The position numbers and the translations under genes were made by a program. A DNA stretch of 64,000 bases from Schizochytrium sp. TIO01 (Eukaryota > Protista > Bigyra: Labyrinthulomycetes). Location of the stretch: positions 992,001-1,056,000 of the forward strand of contig SMSO01000008.1 in NCBI GenBank assembly GCA_004764695.1, read 5' to 3'. Below are positions 1 through 13,000 of the stretch, piece after piece (the stretch's first letter is position 1; every line of letters begins with the position of its first letter). Below the pieces are notes generated by a model. It was not told where the DNA came from. It saw only the letters and a list, made by a program, of their open reading frames with translations, and searched no databases.

Positions 1-2387
1 CGAAGCATATTACTTTGTTTGGTGGACACACGATGCCAGGGAAACCTACAGTTCTTGTTTGGGTGATTTAGGCAGACAAAAACATTGCCCAAACCACCCG
101 GTCTATGGCTATCCGCAGGGCTCCCAAGTATTCAGATCTGCTTTCCGTGAATGAGCAAAGCATCAAAGGGGTTATTTTTTGAGTGAACGAAAAGGGCGAC
201 ATAACCTCAGAAACTTTTGAAGAACTTATGGTTGAGGGCTGTATCAAAAAATACGTAGCTCCAAGCAACGGGACATGGGTTTTATGGCTACCAGATTAAC
301 ATTACTCTTATCTGCTTATCAGTTTTATCGAAAGACTTCGAAAGGATGGCAGCATTCTTGCTGGTCGGCTTTCAAGTATAACGTCAGAGTCTCAGAGCCC
401 AGATGTCCAACTGATTAGTGATTTGAAGGGGGGGGGGGGGATATATAAAGTTTCAAGGAGAGATTCTCCTGATAACTTCAAGCAATCCTTTAATGCTGCA
501 AATATTATTAATTAGGCAGAACAGGCTCTCATCTAGACGTCCACAAAAGAAAATTGTTTGACTTGCCTTTGGAAATCAGGAATGAGTCGATTGGACCGAA
601 ACCATCTGTGGACTCACCCTTGCATTTGTGATGGTGATCAGACATTCTATTTGAGTCGCATTGACCCAAGTAAAAACGAAGACACAGAGTATATCATGTG
701 CAAGCGAGCTCTTGACGAGAAGACCTCCAGAAACGACCAAGCAATCTCACGCTGTCAGCAAGAGATCTTACGCTATAAAGAAGAGGACCGACGTTACAGA
801 CTCGAGTGAGGGAGAAATGAGGGAGCTATGAGGAGGCGACTAGACCGACTTGCACCGGAAAGGAGAGCAAAATATGCAAAATATGATTATTTCTTCGACA
901 GTGATTTGGCCGAGTATGATAGATGGAATAGCGTTTTAGAGACTGACTTCGCCAACCCTCAGCTATTAGGGCCATATTATCAGATGATTACGAATAAAGC
1001 GGAGCTAGTGAAAATGGAATCATCTGCATTACTTCTCTGAAGAGTCTGCTAGAGCTAATCGTTTGCCTTCACTCGTGGTGCCACCAGTTTGTGAGAGTAA
1101 TTACTTAATAAATCATGGATAAATTATTTGATCGACTAAGATAATAGAAAACGTCAATGTAAACCAGCCTTCAGCTTTGATCTCGCACTCGGAATGCTGG
1201 CACTCTGCAAGTGACTCACCCTGAGGTTCTTTCTGCAATTGAAGATATCCATAAACATGGTCAAGAACAGAAGAGGAGTTAAAATTCATTAGAGGCATAA
1301 TCACGCTGAGGAGGAATTCCTCAATCAAACCGAGTTGTTTGGAGAAATTAATGACAAACTGAAAACAAAGCCCTGCCAACATCTATCCGAGTCTTTGATC
1401 CTCTGAGACGACGGGTAAGCATCAGGATTGCTGTCACAGAATCCAATAACGATGCAAAATTTGTTGAACGTCTCTCCGACATCCCTAAAACTGCAACGTT
1501 CGGAATTTCGTAGGGCAGCCTTGCAAGAACCCCAGAATGGTGCTTCACATGTCTTGATCAACTTGGGATAACCAGTGTTTGAACTGAGCCTATGTCACAA
1601 CCCCTATTTCTATCTCCATTAATGTTGGTATTTTCATTAAAAAGTTTCTTTTGGAGGGAAAACCAAAAAACAGACTAAACATTAGTTTTGGACTATTGGA
1701 CATTATTTTCAGCGTCCCTTGTGAGGGGGGTATACTTAAGCTGGGCATCTACATAGGATTGCGTACACGCTGACTGTGTTGATAGCAAAATGTATAGACC
1801 ATGGCAGCTAGTTTCAGAAATGAGTCAGCTAACGACGATTATGCACAATGGAAGGAGGTGCTATTTGAACACCATTAACGCGGCATTCGTTCTTTCATGA
1901 GAACTCAAATGAACAGCTAATAGTAGGCTCGCGAAGGCAGATGCACATGCACTCAACCTTGTTGATTTGAGAGGATTGAGCTCATTTTCCACAGCGATAG
2001 TGGGATTTGGTTTTATTGAACTTCACGTGATAGTTTTGATTGTATTTATTAATACCAGGAAGCAACATCTGCACCAACTCCAGTAAATTTAAATGTTCTA
2101 TGGTCTGACTAGCACATTCCACTATTTAAGGACCAGTATATAAGGACGAGAAATCGTCTCACTGGAGCATGGCAGCAGGATGATAAGGAAATCACCCCGT
2201 GTCAACGTAAATTGAGTGAGATGCCCTTGCGATCCAATGTGCGCATTATTCTATCACGTGACAATTAGCTCCTTGAGCTACATGACCCGTTGCAAAGGAA
2301 GCCTTGTTTACTCCACAAGTCAGATCTAGCTTTTTGTTGCAGCCGTCTGAGGGGAAGACAAAGATGCCCAATTAATTAGACCTCAAT

Positions 2388-3305
2388 TCACCAAAACTGG
2401 TTCTCTCGAATGCTATCAAGCGCACGATTGGAAAATTCATAACCAAGAAACAACGCACCGTTGCACGGGAAGGCGCGAAGGGCAGCAGCAGTCCAACCCT
2501 TGAAGAAGCCCGCAACCCCCTTGAACGCATAGATCTTTTGTACCGTGCGCACAGTGCTTGGGTTTGCCTGTGTTGAAACCTGCATGGTGGACTTAACTAC
2601 ATCAAAGGGCAGCGTCAGACTCCATCCTGCCACGCCCGCAAGGCCGCCAGCAAGCACAATGGACGGCCCGCTGAGTTGTGATTTATCTTCGAGCCCTTGC
2701 CAAACACAAAAAACCTTTGTTGTGAGCTCATAAGCTCCAAAAAACACAAAGTTGAAGGGCACATCTCGCGCAATCTGAGCAGGAAGACCTCGAAACAACC
2801 CTGAGACGCCCTCCGAGCGTAGTGTCTGTGTGAAGCAGTCGAACGAGCTTGCAAATCGCGGCGGTGCGGTCTTTGCAGAGGCTTCAGCAGCCTGCATCCT
2901 GCATTTGATCGTCTCTGGAGCACAAATAGCGGTGGCACTGAAGACTCCACTCAGCCCACCGACGATGGAGAGCTCTGTGTGTGAGAGAGGCGAGGCATCG
3001 CCAGCAGATGCTTTGAGATCGAGCGCTTGTTGACGGATCACGGAGTTGGCCGCGAAGACCACAGAGTTCTCGATGATGGCGCTGGTGAGGGCGGGAGAGA
3101 CGCCTCGGTAGAGCGAGAGGAGGCTTTCCTCACGCACAGTTCTGGCGATACACTGGGAAAAGCTCGCATAGCGGTACGAGTTAGTCTGCATGCGAACCTT
3201 GACACAGTCTAATGGAGCGCTCGCCAGCACAGAACACGCGCCCGCGAAGGACCCGCATACGAGCACCTGGCCCGCGCTAGCTTGACCCGCGCCTGCACCT
3301 CCCAT
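2388..3305 (-). CDS. Mitochondrial carrier (SLC25) protein, probably ornithine/basic amino acid or carnitine-type
   Basis: Three Px[DE]xx[KR] signatures (PLDCVKVRMQ, PETIKCRMQ, PFDVVKSTMQ) plus YRG/FRG/FKG motifs; ENSV, RDVP and RAFP segments typical of basic amino acid carriers. Start placed at the ATG at 3305 (305 aa); the ORF-track extension to 3491 runs into low-complexity DNA. Confidence 0.9.
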   Translation of the reverse strand: MGGAGAGQASAGQVLVCGSFAGACSVLASAPLDCVKVRMQTNSYRYASFSQCIARTVREESLLSLYRGVSPALTSAIIENSVVFAANSVIRQQALDLKASAGDASPLSHTELSIVGGLSGVFSATAICAPETIKCRMQAAEASAKTAPPRFASSFDCFTQTLRSEGVSGLFRGLPAQIARDVPFNFVFFGAYELTTKVFCVWQGLEDKSQLSGPSIVLAGGLAGVAGWSLTLPFDVVKSTMQVSTQANPSTVRTVQKIYAFKGVAGFFKGWTAAALRAFPCNGALFLGYEFSNRALDSIRENQFW

Positions 3306-3429
3306 CGAGCCGCCCTCAACCGATCGGTACTCCTGCCCTGGAGAGCCTTGGCTCCTGTGCGTTTGGGTTCTGTCGCTCTCGTGAATTCGTGCAGTCTCGC
3401 CGAGAGCTTTACGAGCCTTCAAATGCCTT

Positions 3430-3610
3430 TTTAAATTTAAAACAACTTTCAAATTCAAAAAACTGCTACTGTTGTAAAATTCAAAATTCAAAGTTCAAAG
3501 TTCAAATTCAAAACAACTCCAACACCCCAAAATTCAAAACTCAAACGTGCGAAATTCAAAACCTCACAACGGCAAAAATGTAGAGTTCGAAAGCTCAACT
3601 TCAAACCCAC
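3430..3610. repeat. Degenerate low-complexity (AAATTCA/AAGTTCA)n tract
   Basis: Repeated aaattcaaa/aagttcaaa words directly upstream of the carrier gene. Confidence 0.6.
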
Positions 3611-6600
3611 CTTTCAAGGGCCCAAGTCTTTGAACTCAAGTCCAAACTCTCGAGTCCCAATACAGCAAAGCCGCAAGTCCAAGTTCGACTGCATGCTGTG
3701 CTACTGCCTAATCCTAGCTTCTGCGGCACCATCGTGATTGTGCGCCACGACGAAGAGACCAAGACTCGGAGGCGGCTTCGTTTCAGATCTCGGGGCCCGG
3801 AAGGCTCGAGCGGTAGTTGAGCGGCGAGGAAACCTAGAGGAAGAGGAGGAGGAGTCCGGTCTGTGCCGTTGCCCTCGGCCGAACGAGCGAGAGTCTTGGT
3901 AGCGAGCGGGAGGGGGTGAAGTCTTCTTGCTTCTCTCGCCTCATCCCTATCTTCGCGGGTTGAGCAAAGAAGGAGCTCTTACAACACCACTTATGATAAA
4001 CTGTAGCACCTCTGAGCATCAGCACTCCATGATGACGACGATAGGAGCCATAACCTGTGTGCTAGGGAAGGACTAGCATCTTTGGAACCGTGGGAAGCCC
4101 TGGCTCAATAGAGGTTTAATTAGATGAAAGCATAGACCTCCTATCGAGGTCATTTTGCGAACTTAGAGATCATGAAGATAATCGGCACGTTTGCTAGCTT
4201 GAGGTGAGTAGCAATTCCTTGAAAAGTAATGAGAACGAAAACTCTACTGGAACGACTTTGAGTGTCTGATCGCTAGCTCCAGTCATCACTAGGTAGTAGC
4301 TCTCAAATGAGATAGCATCACGAATTAAAATAGGTGTTGTGACCTGTGTAGATTAGTTACTACCTACCTACCTATGAGCAAGGTTGCGGTGGGGATCTCG
4401 TTGGCCAAAAAGTCCGGTGAAGAAGCTTTACAATCAGCTGGATGAATTACAGGGCACGAGTACGCTGCGGAGGAAGCGGGCGGATAGCTGCTGGAGCGGG
4501 TGGGGGTGCTAGAGCAGGAGGAAATCTTAGCTTGACCTGTCCATTGGGTCTTGGAAGGCGGTGTAACTCCACCATCTCCCGAAGGTGGTTGGCCAAATTT
4601 GAAGTTGCCGAAACAAAACGAAGGTTCGTTTGGGACAGAGTGGCGATATCGGGACTGTGACAGAAAACCCGGCTCGTTACCACTGGCCCTAGCACTTGGT
4701 TTACCATATAGGTAGTTAAATTGAAACCTAATAGTCTGCCAAGATCGACACACAATTTGCCTTTCGAGCAAAGAAGAACCAAGTGGACGGCGGAGATCTG
4801 ACTTGCAGCAATTAAATGGCACTGTGATGGGTAAATGTTAAGAGGTTTTCGCCAGAAATAGATGTTGAGATATTTTTTAATTTCAGAGTGGATGCAAATT
4901 ATAAATAATGAACTAAAAACCATCCCTGTTTTTCACTGTCTTTAAATCATGCTGCTCTAGATGAATTTGCTCCAAAATATCAAAGTATACATGGATGCAT
5001 GTTTTGTGAATCAAACATGGGGACACAAAGGAGAAACGGCATCATGCTAGTAGGCTGCGAGGCATACACTGAACCGTTGCAATACTTCTTCAATTTCTTT
5101 TGTCGTGCATTACTTGTAGGTGTGTGGAACGCCCCCCCCCCCCACAGCTCACAACCACTACACTTTCACTCTACTGATTGATTATCTCCCGTCTCCTGGC
5201 AGTAGTATTAAGGGGTATTCTGCGGTAAATTGCTTATTCACCAGCTCCGGAAGTGTGTACGAACGAAACAGCTTAAATAAGATAACCACTGCTTGTGAAA
5301 CTTGTCAACTTGGAACTCGAAATCTTCATGATACTTTTTTAGTCTCACGTATTGAGAATCATTCCTTTAAATCTCAAATAGCAAAGCAAATTAAATGATC
5401 ACTAGTGATTGAATTGGAAAGACTCATGTAAACGGCTTTTAATCTGTAGTCCAATGCGATAATCACAGTCATGTCACAAACATAGGTCTTGTTTTCGTCA
5501 ATTTTGGTGCTTCTACAATCAACTGTTCATTCAACAGTTTCTCGAAATGAATTTTTCTTGCATCATAGATCAAGTCTAACACTGTATGCACACCACATTT
5601 TGCACTATAGGTATCTTTACAACAGCTATGCTCGTTTGGTTCTTACTTCTGAAAGACCACTTCGGAGATGCAGGCGTATATACGTTCCGGATTGACGATA
5701 TGCAAAAAATAAGATATTCGCAGCTGGGAACAAGGTAACAGAATCTCTAGAATTGTGAATTCTGATTAAACGGAAGCTGACCAGTGTGTAATCGACGGGT
5801 CGCGTGGACAAGGCTCTGTAAGATTCATTAGTACATTATTATTAGCTCTAAACTATTAAAGACTGTGAATACAATAACCGGACTATCAAATACAGACGTG
5901 CAAGGCTACGGAAACCCAACGAATAAAAGTGCGCTACATATTCAAGTGAATATGAAAGGGTAGAACCTAAGTCAGTCTTGGAGGAAACAAGTTAACCTTA
6001 TTCCTTGAGCTCTGTGTAATACTGATCAAGTCTGCTTTAGTCTCGCACTTAAAATATGAACCAGTCCACCTTGGTGTTCACCCCCACGGTCAGCAGGTCA
6101 CTGAAGTCTATAAGCATAAGTCTCCAATACATCCCTAAGTCTTGTCAAGTGTTGAAAATTAGCATGTATAATGGAGTGTACAAAGATAGTCTGACAAGAC
6201 AGTGGACTCCAGTGAAAGAGAAACAGGATTGTATTATGTTATTCAAGTAAAGCCCAACTATACTCTCCATGTTCCTTTCCTTCATCATCCTCAGGCTGAT
6301 CAGAGGTTAACTTTGAGGCCAAAATTGTAGTATGCTTGAAGAAGACTCTGAAAGGCATTGTGAAATTAGGTTGTGAGACTTTACAGTCTGCCACCCTTCA
6401 CAATAACTTTCCTAGGACAATCAATTCATATTATAATTGGTGGACTGATAAACTGAACATGATAGATGTTACATAGAATGGAGAAGACGAAGCTCTCCGA
6501 CCTAGATTACTTTAAACCTGTAATCTTGGACCCCGTCTCTTCTCAAAATCAGATTGATAGTCGTTTTAGTTCTACCTTTCAATGTACTTTAGCTCGCATC

Positions 6601-8721
6601 GCAGATGACCTTGTATTGCAGAGCGTGCGGAAACCTGGCAAGTGGTTGGACAATGCCTATTGGAGACGGGAAGAGAAATGGATGGTATCAAAACTATGGA
6701 TACAAGCTGAGACCTTCAGATGGGTCAGATAGAGCGAATGGTATTGGACTAAAACACTAGCTTAGGTAGCTAGATGCTATTTCCATTGGTAGGAGCTACA
6801 GAGGTATGCTCAGGGTTCTAGCATTGGTTTGTTCGCATAACCTTTCAATTGGTGATCTTAAGAACCCTTCGTCAACTGCCTTCATATTGATTAAGGTTAT
6901 AGCATCTTCAATCGAACCATCACGCAGCTTAATTATTCAAGAAATCTACGAAAGAATAGTATCTTAGCTCATGTCTGCCTTGTCATAGACCAATAGCGTC
7001 ATATGCTTCTACGTAAGCATACAATAAATTACAGTTTACATGAACGATTTTAGTTACGAATTCTTAGACAGATACATGTATATATGTATGTCCTGCCATT
7101 CTGTGCACGGAGACATTCTTGTTAAAGTGCTCTGAGATGAAGCAACCTATCTCGATCTAAATTGAGTTCATCGGGGAACCCCTGGTCTGAAGGATGAGAT
7201 TGAGTTTGGGGCTAGGACAGGATGACACTTTAGGTATTCATCATCATCTGTAGTTGAACGGTGGACGGAAAGCAAATTCCGATCCTACAATGGAAATAAT
7301 GGAGGAGTCAATTATACAACTATTTGATTCTTTATAAAGTAATACAGTGACCTCAGTAGATGCAACGTGAAGAAGTTAGATGACTAGGAAATTGCTACCT
7401 TTCTCAATTACCTGAGGTTTATTTATTGCTCAAGTTCTTACAGAATGCGAGAGAATTTTGTTGTTCAGGAGCTAGTATATGCAATTTCTTCTAATGAAAG
7501 ATAGAAAAAGATGAGTCAAGAGTCTCAGAATGACACTGAGATACAACTTGATCGAATTAATAGTGTTGTATCACCATATTTAGTTTCGATTTAGTTAGAT
7601 TCACCTCCTCAATCATGCGACGCGAGCTCGCGATTTTCCTGTAATCAAAGAACGAGATGTTTGCTCACAGATTCACTGAGATTGGGGGGCGAAAACTCTT
7701 CCAAATTCAAGATTCGCGTTCCTTGAATAAACTTCACTCTACTCCTGACGATTTTCAATGGGTTTCAGAAAAGGATCCTAAAATTATCTGATCACACTAG
7801 AACCTTTTTTTTTTTTTTAAATTTAAAAAAAATAAAATCCTGTGGGGTAAGAAAAAGCGCAGCTTGGTGTTGCTTTGGGGGAAACGCAAAGGCCAAATTC
7901 ATGGAAATGATCTTGAAATCTGTATTTGGAGCGTGCCTCTCTGAGCAGCACTAGGGGGCCCACTGATGCCATAGAAATATACTTAAGCTTGAGTGAATCT
8001 TGAGAAATGCCGAATTAGTAAAGCTCACTGAAATCGTGGCTCGTGGTTCGAAATATCTGCCGACGAACGCCTCCTAGTGGCTATGTCTCAAGGCTTTGAA
8101 CAAAGGCAATAATGGATGAGTCTTCTTCAAACGTCTAATGCAATTGCATCTTTGCTTGACCGAAATCTCGCAATTCAGAGCATTGACGCAGTCACACACT
8201 AAACCATTTGACAGCAACTCGGCCATAGTTTTTTGCTTTCTTTCCGTACAAACCTCGCTGTTTTTGCTTTAGTTTTCAAATGATGAGAAGTAAAGGTATA
8301 CAAACAGGAAAGTGTCGTGCTCACACATACTACTAGTGTGGCAATGTGGTACACTAAAAAAGCGAATCATTGTAAAACATGTTTTATGCTGCGAGTATGG
8401 AAAAGAAGGAATAACATGTTTCTCTCTATACTCGCTTCTCACAGTCACGTACAGAAGTCTTTCATATTTATTTTTTCATGTCAGTCGTAAAGAGTAGTAA
8501 ATTTAGGGTAGACTGAATCTGGGTTGATATGTTTCATCATGTTGGCTTTATCATATCTGATTTCTTTACCTGAGATATACAATGGGCAAGCGTCCGAATA
8601 CCTGAAATAATGCTAGAAATGCTCCTCCAAACGAATTGGAACAACAAATTCAAAACAAATTGGAGCAGCAAAACCAAAACAAGAAGCCTAGTCGTCAAGT
8701 AGTCAATAGACATTCTTCATA

Positions 8722-10083
8722 ATGATGGCCCCTTACAGTCTGCTGATGGTCTTCTTGGCTATATCAGCCACAGTAGGTGAGGCTCGCATTGGCTTACACG
8801 ATAAGTGGGTGCGTCCCAGCCCGGCAAAGGCTATCGATATGCGCCACCTTGCTTCATCCGGAGACCTAGCGTCTCCTCAGCAGATTAACTTGCGCATTGT
8901 CGGTGAGAATGATGGAACTTGGACGTACTTAGTACAATTTGCTACCAATAATAGTGTAGCAGCGCCATCAACGACTTGCGCAGCGTGGATCGAGGGTAAC
9001 TCGGACAACACTATCCAAGGCACAGGGTCTAGCTCTGTCTACTCGGATCTTGTATACGAAGGGTCTTACTCCCTAATTGCGGATAACTACCACTCGCCGT
9101 ATTTACACAAGTGTGAACTTACGGGTCTGAAGCCGTCTCAAACGTATTTGTACAATGCCCTTGGTAGTGATGAGACTATGAGCTTTACAACACCACCCCT
9201 TGTTAACCCAACAGAAACGTTTTCTGCAATTGTGATGGCAGATGTTGGCCAAACAAATTACAGTAATATGACTATGGCACTAGCTACCGCTGAAATTGTA
9301 GAGAAAGGAATCTCCACTGTAATTTGGCCTGGTGATGTTTCGTATGCTGATGGATATCAGCCTCGCTGGGACACATTTGGTCGGCTTGCACAGCAAATGA
9401 CAAGCCGTGCGGAGACGGTTTGGTCTCCTGGAAACCATGAGTTATACAAGAACGAGGCATTTGTTGCTTACCAGCAGCGATATGCCGGCACTGGACCTAT
9501 GTGGTTTGTCACACAACGTGGGCCTATGACATTGATTAGTCTTTGTACCTATTGTGGCGTTTCCCAAGACTCTGCGCAGTATCGCTGGCTCGAAAGCACA
9601 CTAGAGGAGGTGGACAGAAGCCTGACTCCTTGGCTTGTAGTGATGTTTCATGAACCGTTCTATAGCTCGAATGTTTATAGCGAGCAGCTTCCAGAGTACA
9701 TGCGTGAGCAGATGGAACCCCTTCTTTTCAAATACGGGGTAGATGTGATTTTTACTGGCCACATTCATGCCTATGAGCGTACACATCCTGTGTATAACTT
9801 TACTGTAACTGAGTGTGCGCCGGTCCACATTATCATTGGTGATGGTGGAAATTACGAAGAGGTTTCCAACACATACTACATGACACCGCAGTGGTCTGCT
9901 GAGCGTGACGCTTCCTTTGGCTATGGAACGTTCAACATTATCGACGCTAATCTGGCAAATTGGACATGGAAACGCAACCCAGATGGTTATTATGAGTATC
10001 CTGATCAGACACCATGGCCTGTTATGCCTGAGTATCATCTTATTGATGCTGTTCAGTGGAATCGTACAGCTTGTCGTCAATAG
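8722..10083 (+). CDS. Secreted purple acid phosphatase (metallophosphoesterase, FN3-like N-domain)
   Basis: Hydrophobic N-terminal signal; all five PAP metal-ligand blocks: ADVG, GDVSY, GNHE, VMFH, GHIHAYER; C-terminal HIIIGDGGN and SFGYG. Confidence 0.95.
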   Translation: MMAPYSLLMVFLAISATVGEARIGLHDKWVRPSPAKAIDMRHLASSGDLASPQQINLRIVGENDGTWTYLVQFATNNSVAAPSTTCAAWIEGNSDNTIQGTGSSSVYSDLVYEGSYSLIADNYHSPYLHKCELTGLKPSQTYLYNALGSDETMSFTTPPLVNPTETFSAIVMADVGQTNYSNMTMALATAEIVEKGISTVIWPGDVSYADGYQPRWDTFGRLAQQMTSRAETVWSPGNHELYKNEAFVAYQQRYAGTGPMWFVTQRGPMTLISLCTYCGVSQDSAQYRWLESTLEEVDRSLTPWLVVMFHEPFYSSNVYSEQLPEYMREQMEPLLFKYGVDVIFTGHIHAYERTHPVYNFTVTECAPVHIIIGDGGNYEEVSNTYYMTPQWSAERDASFGYGTFNIIDANLANWTWKRNPDGYYEYPDQTPWPVMPEYHLIDAVQWNRTACRQ

Positions 10084-13000
10084 CTCCAAAGAAGAAATGG
10101 ATTTACCAACTTTAGAAAATGTAATCCACATAAATCAGTTACGTTTACTCTTTTCAGACTTTTTGTATTGCTAAGAGATGAGTCTGATCAGTTATAGGTT
10201 GGCTCTGAAGATCGGAGTGAGAGGCTTGAAGAATGTTCAAGGAGGCTTGGCAAACTTTGGCTTTACCTGAAATTGAATTATAGAACAAACTTAATTTTTT
10301 TTAATGCTAGAATTAAGAGACAAAGACAACACTAGACCCAATTGAAGAAATTAAGTTAGCTTGTCTTCGCAACTATCGATTTAAATTCCACCATATTCAA
10401 TCTGAGGGAATATGGACGCCCAGTTCTAGTCTTGGGTAGCCTAAGATCACAATCACCCATCTAATTGTGATCCTGAGTATTTTTTAAATCCTTGAGGGTT
10501 AACAATTGAGCATCGCGAAATATTTGAAAATGTATTACTAACGTTTTGTGTCATGAAGTATTTTATTTCTTTATTCAAAGGCAGCCGATACATGTGTAGT
10601 CTGACAGTTTCTCTTGAATCTTCCTTTAAACTCGTTAATTTATAATCTTATCTACCTTAGTATGTGCTTTTGGACCTGAGCTAGATCCCAATCCAACATG
10701 TCTCTAAAGAAAGGAGGTTTGCACAAGATATATGAGACACATCGCTGAGAGCGGAGACTTCAGCAGATTTCTTTTCTTATCATCTAGCCAGACGCTCTCA
10801 ATAAAGTAAGTACTTCCCCTGCAAGTACCAGAACAGAATAGCTCACAACCTCTTAATCACACTCTTCAATAACTTGTGCTTGTTCAAACATCATTTCGTT
10901 ATAAAGGGCTTGTATCCTATAGAAAACTGAATATAAGTGGCGTTGTTATCTGTGGGCCACTTTGGGAGTATCCTTCTTGATAAGACCCTAGACTTCCTTT
11001 CTCCTCTAAGGTATAGCTCGAATCTCCTGTCATAATTATTGGGACACACTTCTGATAATAAGTCAAGCAAGCAACACAATTGTCAAAGCAAACTAAGTCT
11101 AACTTTAATATATTCGACATGAGCCAATAAAACAATCCAATTCGATTCCTTATGCCAAATTCTCCGTGTTTCAGAAGAGCACATATTTTGTGGATGGAAT
11201 ATGGATAAAACATGTTTCGACTGAGTCCTTGGTTGCAGTAGGTATTGGCGCGTACTCGTGTCGTGGTGTTTACATTGCGACCTTTCTCGTTGCACCAATC
11301 GGTCAATTAGGGAAAGGGACTGCGGGAAGTAACTTTGGGTCCACTGTATTTCCCAAATTTGGGTTGTGCAGTACCCTGCCTAGTCATAGAAGTAGAAGTA
11401 TCTTTTCACTCTGTTTGCGTTAAAAACAAACGACTCTCTAGTAAAAGCTGCAAATATTGAAAATTGATATCCTCCAAAAGGCTAGTTTTGTTGAGCGAGT
11501 ACAACGAGGGAAAAGGTAATAGTATGCAGAATAAAAAAAACTCCAATTGCCCTTGCTAGATTCACAGATGTGGTTAATATTGTTCGAAGAAGACTGTAAC
11601 TTGTGACGAGTAGATCTTACTTCCAACCTACCTACTATTCTGATTCTCTCGACATTGGTACTGCTGACGCAAACCTTTGCTAGTCCATGTGTGCTTTGCT
11701 ACTCAGGGTGCAGATCGGTTGATGTACAGGTTTAGCATTGCCTTGTGCGGAGGTAATTTATTACGCCACTTCAGGCCCTGTATTGTAGATTTGAATAACT
11801 TTCGGCACATGCTAGATACGTTCAACTTCTCGTAGTAGAAAAACTACAATTTTCTTTTATTTTTGTTTGCGCCAAGACAAGGCGGCGGGAAGGTGAGACC
11901 TCTGTGTTTCTATTGTGTTGTGTTGGGAGTATGCGGGGATAGGAAGTCCACGAAGTTGCAAAAACGCGTCGATCCAGGGTTGCACCAAGAATCTCACACA
12001 TGATGTTTGATTTAAGGTTACCATAAGAGCAATTATTTAGTTGCAAGGAGAAAAACTCTTGCACCTTTCATTAGAGTCCCGTAGGGAACTGATTCTTGCC
12101 AGAAAGTGCTCATTGTGTGCTGAGCTCTCCAATCGAAGGAAGGAACTAGTGGACAAGACATTGCTAGAGTTCTTGGCGTCCCTTTATAAAACCCCAGTAG
12201 ACATAAGGTTTACAATGGAGCAAGAATAGGCAGCCAGACTCATGTAGCTGCCGGAGCAAAGAACTAGAAGCGTGAATAGACATTAGTTACATCCAAGTAT
12301 GGTGTAACTTGAATCGATGGTTGGAGAAGTTGGATTAATCTTACCCCATCGATTATCTCTAACAACTTTCAACAATGTCTTAATCTCCCCGATTATTAAA
12401 TGAATCCATCGTGAGACAGGTCCAAGAAGCAAAACATGATTTGCATCGTATAAATTGCATCTTCATATATTGGCCTCAATGGACTAGTGTTGAGTTGCCT
12501 AGTTACGAATTCAAGTAAGTTCATCTGTATGAGTATGATGCGTTAGCCTTGCTCCGTGTTGAGTTGACGTTAAGTTGCTGCTTGGCGGCGCTCCCAACGA
12601 TAAAATTTATCAGATATCCTTGACCTTTAGAGCGTCTTTGAAACGTCATCAATTGTTTGATCAAAACGCGCACTATTATTCACTGGGACAAAAACTTGGT
12701 TTGAGGGCGTTTTCGTTGTCTAATCCACAAGTCTAGATTAGTATTAACATATCCCCCACCTTGATCTACTTGGCGAATGAGAGGCTCTGATCACCCCGAA
12801 TAGTAAGGTTGTCGAATGAAGGGATTTCCACGACCTTGAACAGCAAGTATATTGAATGAAGGGATCCTTAAAAACAATAATTCTGGTGGAAAACAGGGAT
12901 TTACACCATCGTGAGAAGAAACTCTGACAAACAAAGGGATTTCCATTATCCTGAGAAGCAAATATACAAGAGACTCCTTAAGTTGTTGGCAATGTGGCTC

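Noticed and set aside
1-2300. ORF fragments (558-809, 828-1040, etc.) resembling a decayed gene; similar debris at 4.4-7.6 kb and 10.9-13 kb
   Set aside because: No recognisable motif; cannot assign without a homology search.
12810-12955. Four agggat(t) words spaced about 40 bp apart
   Set aside because: Too short and degenerate to separate from chance.
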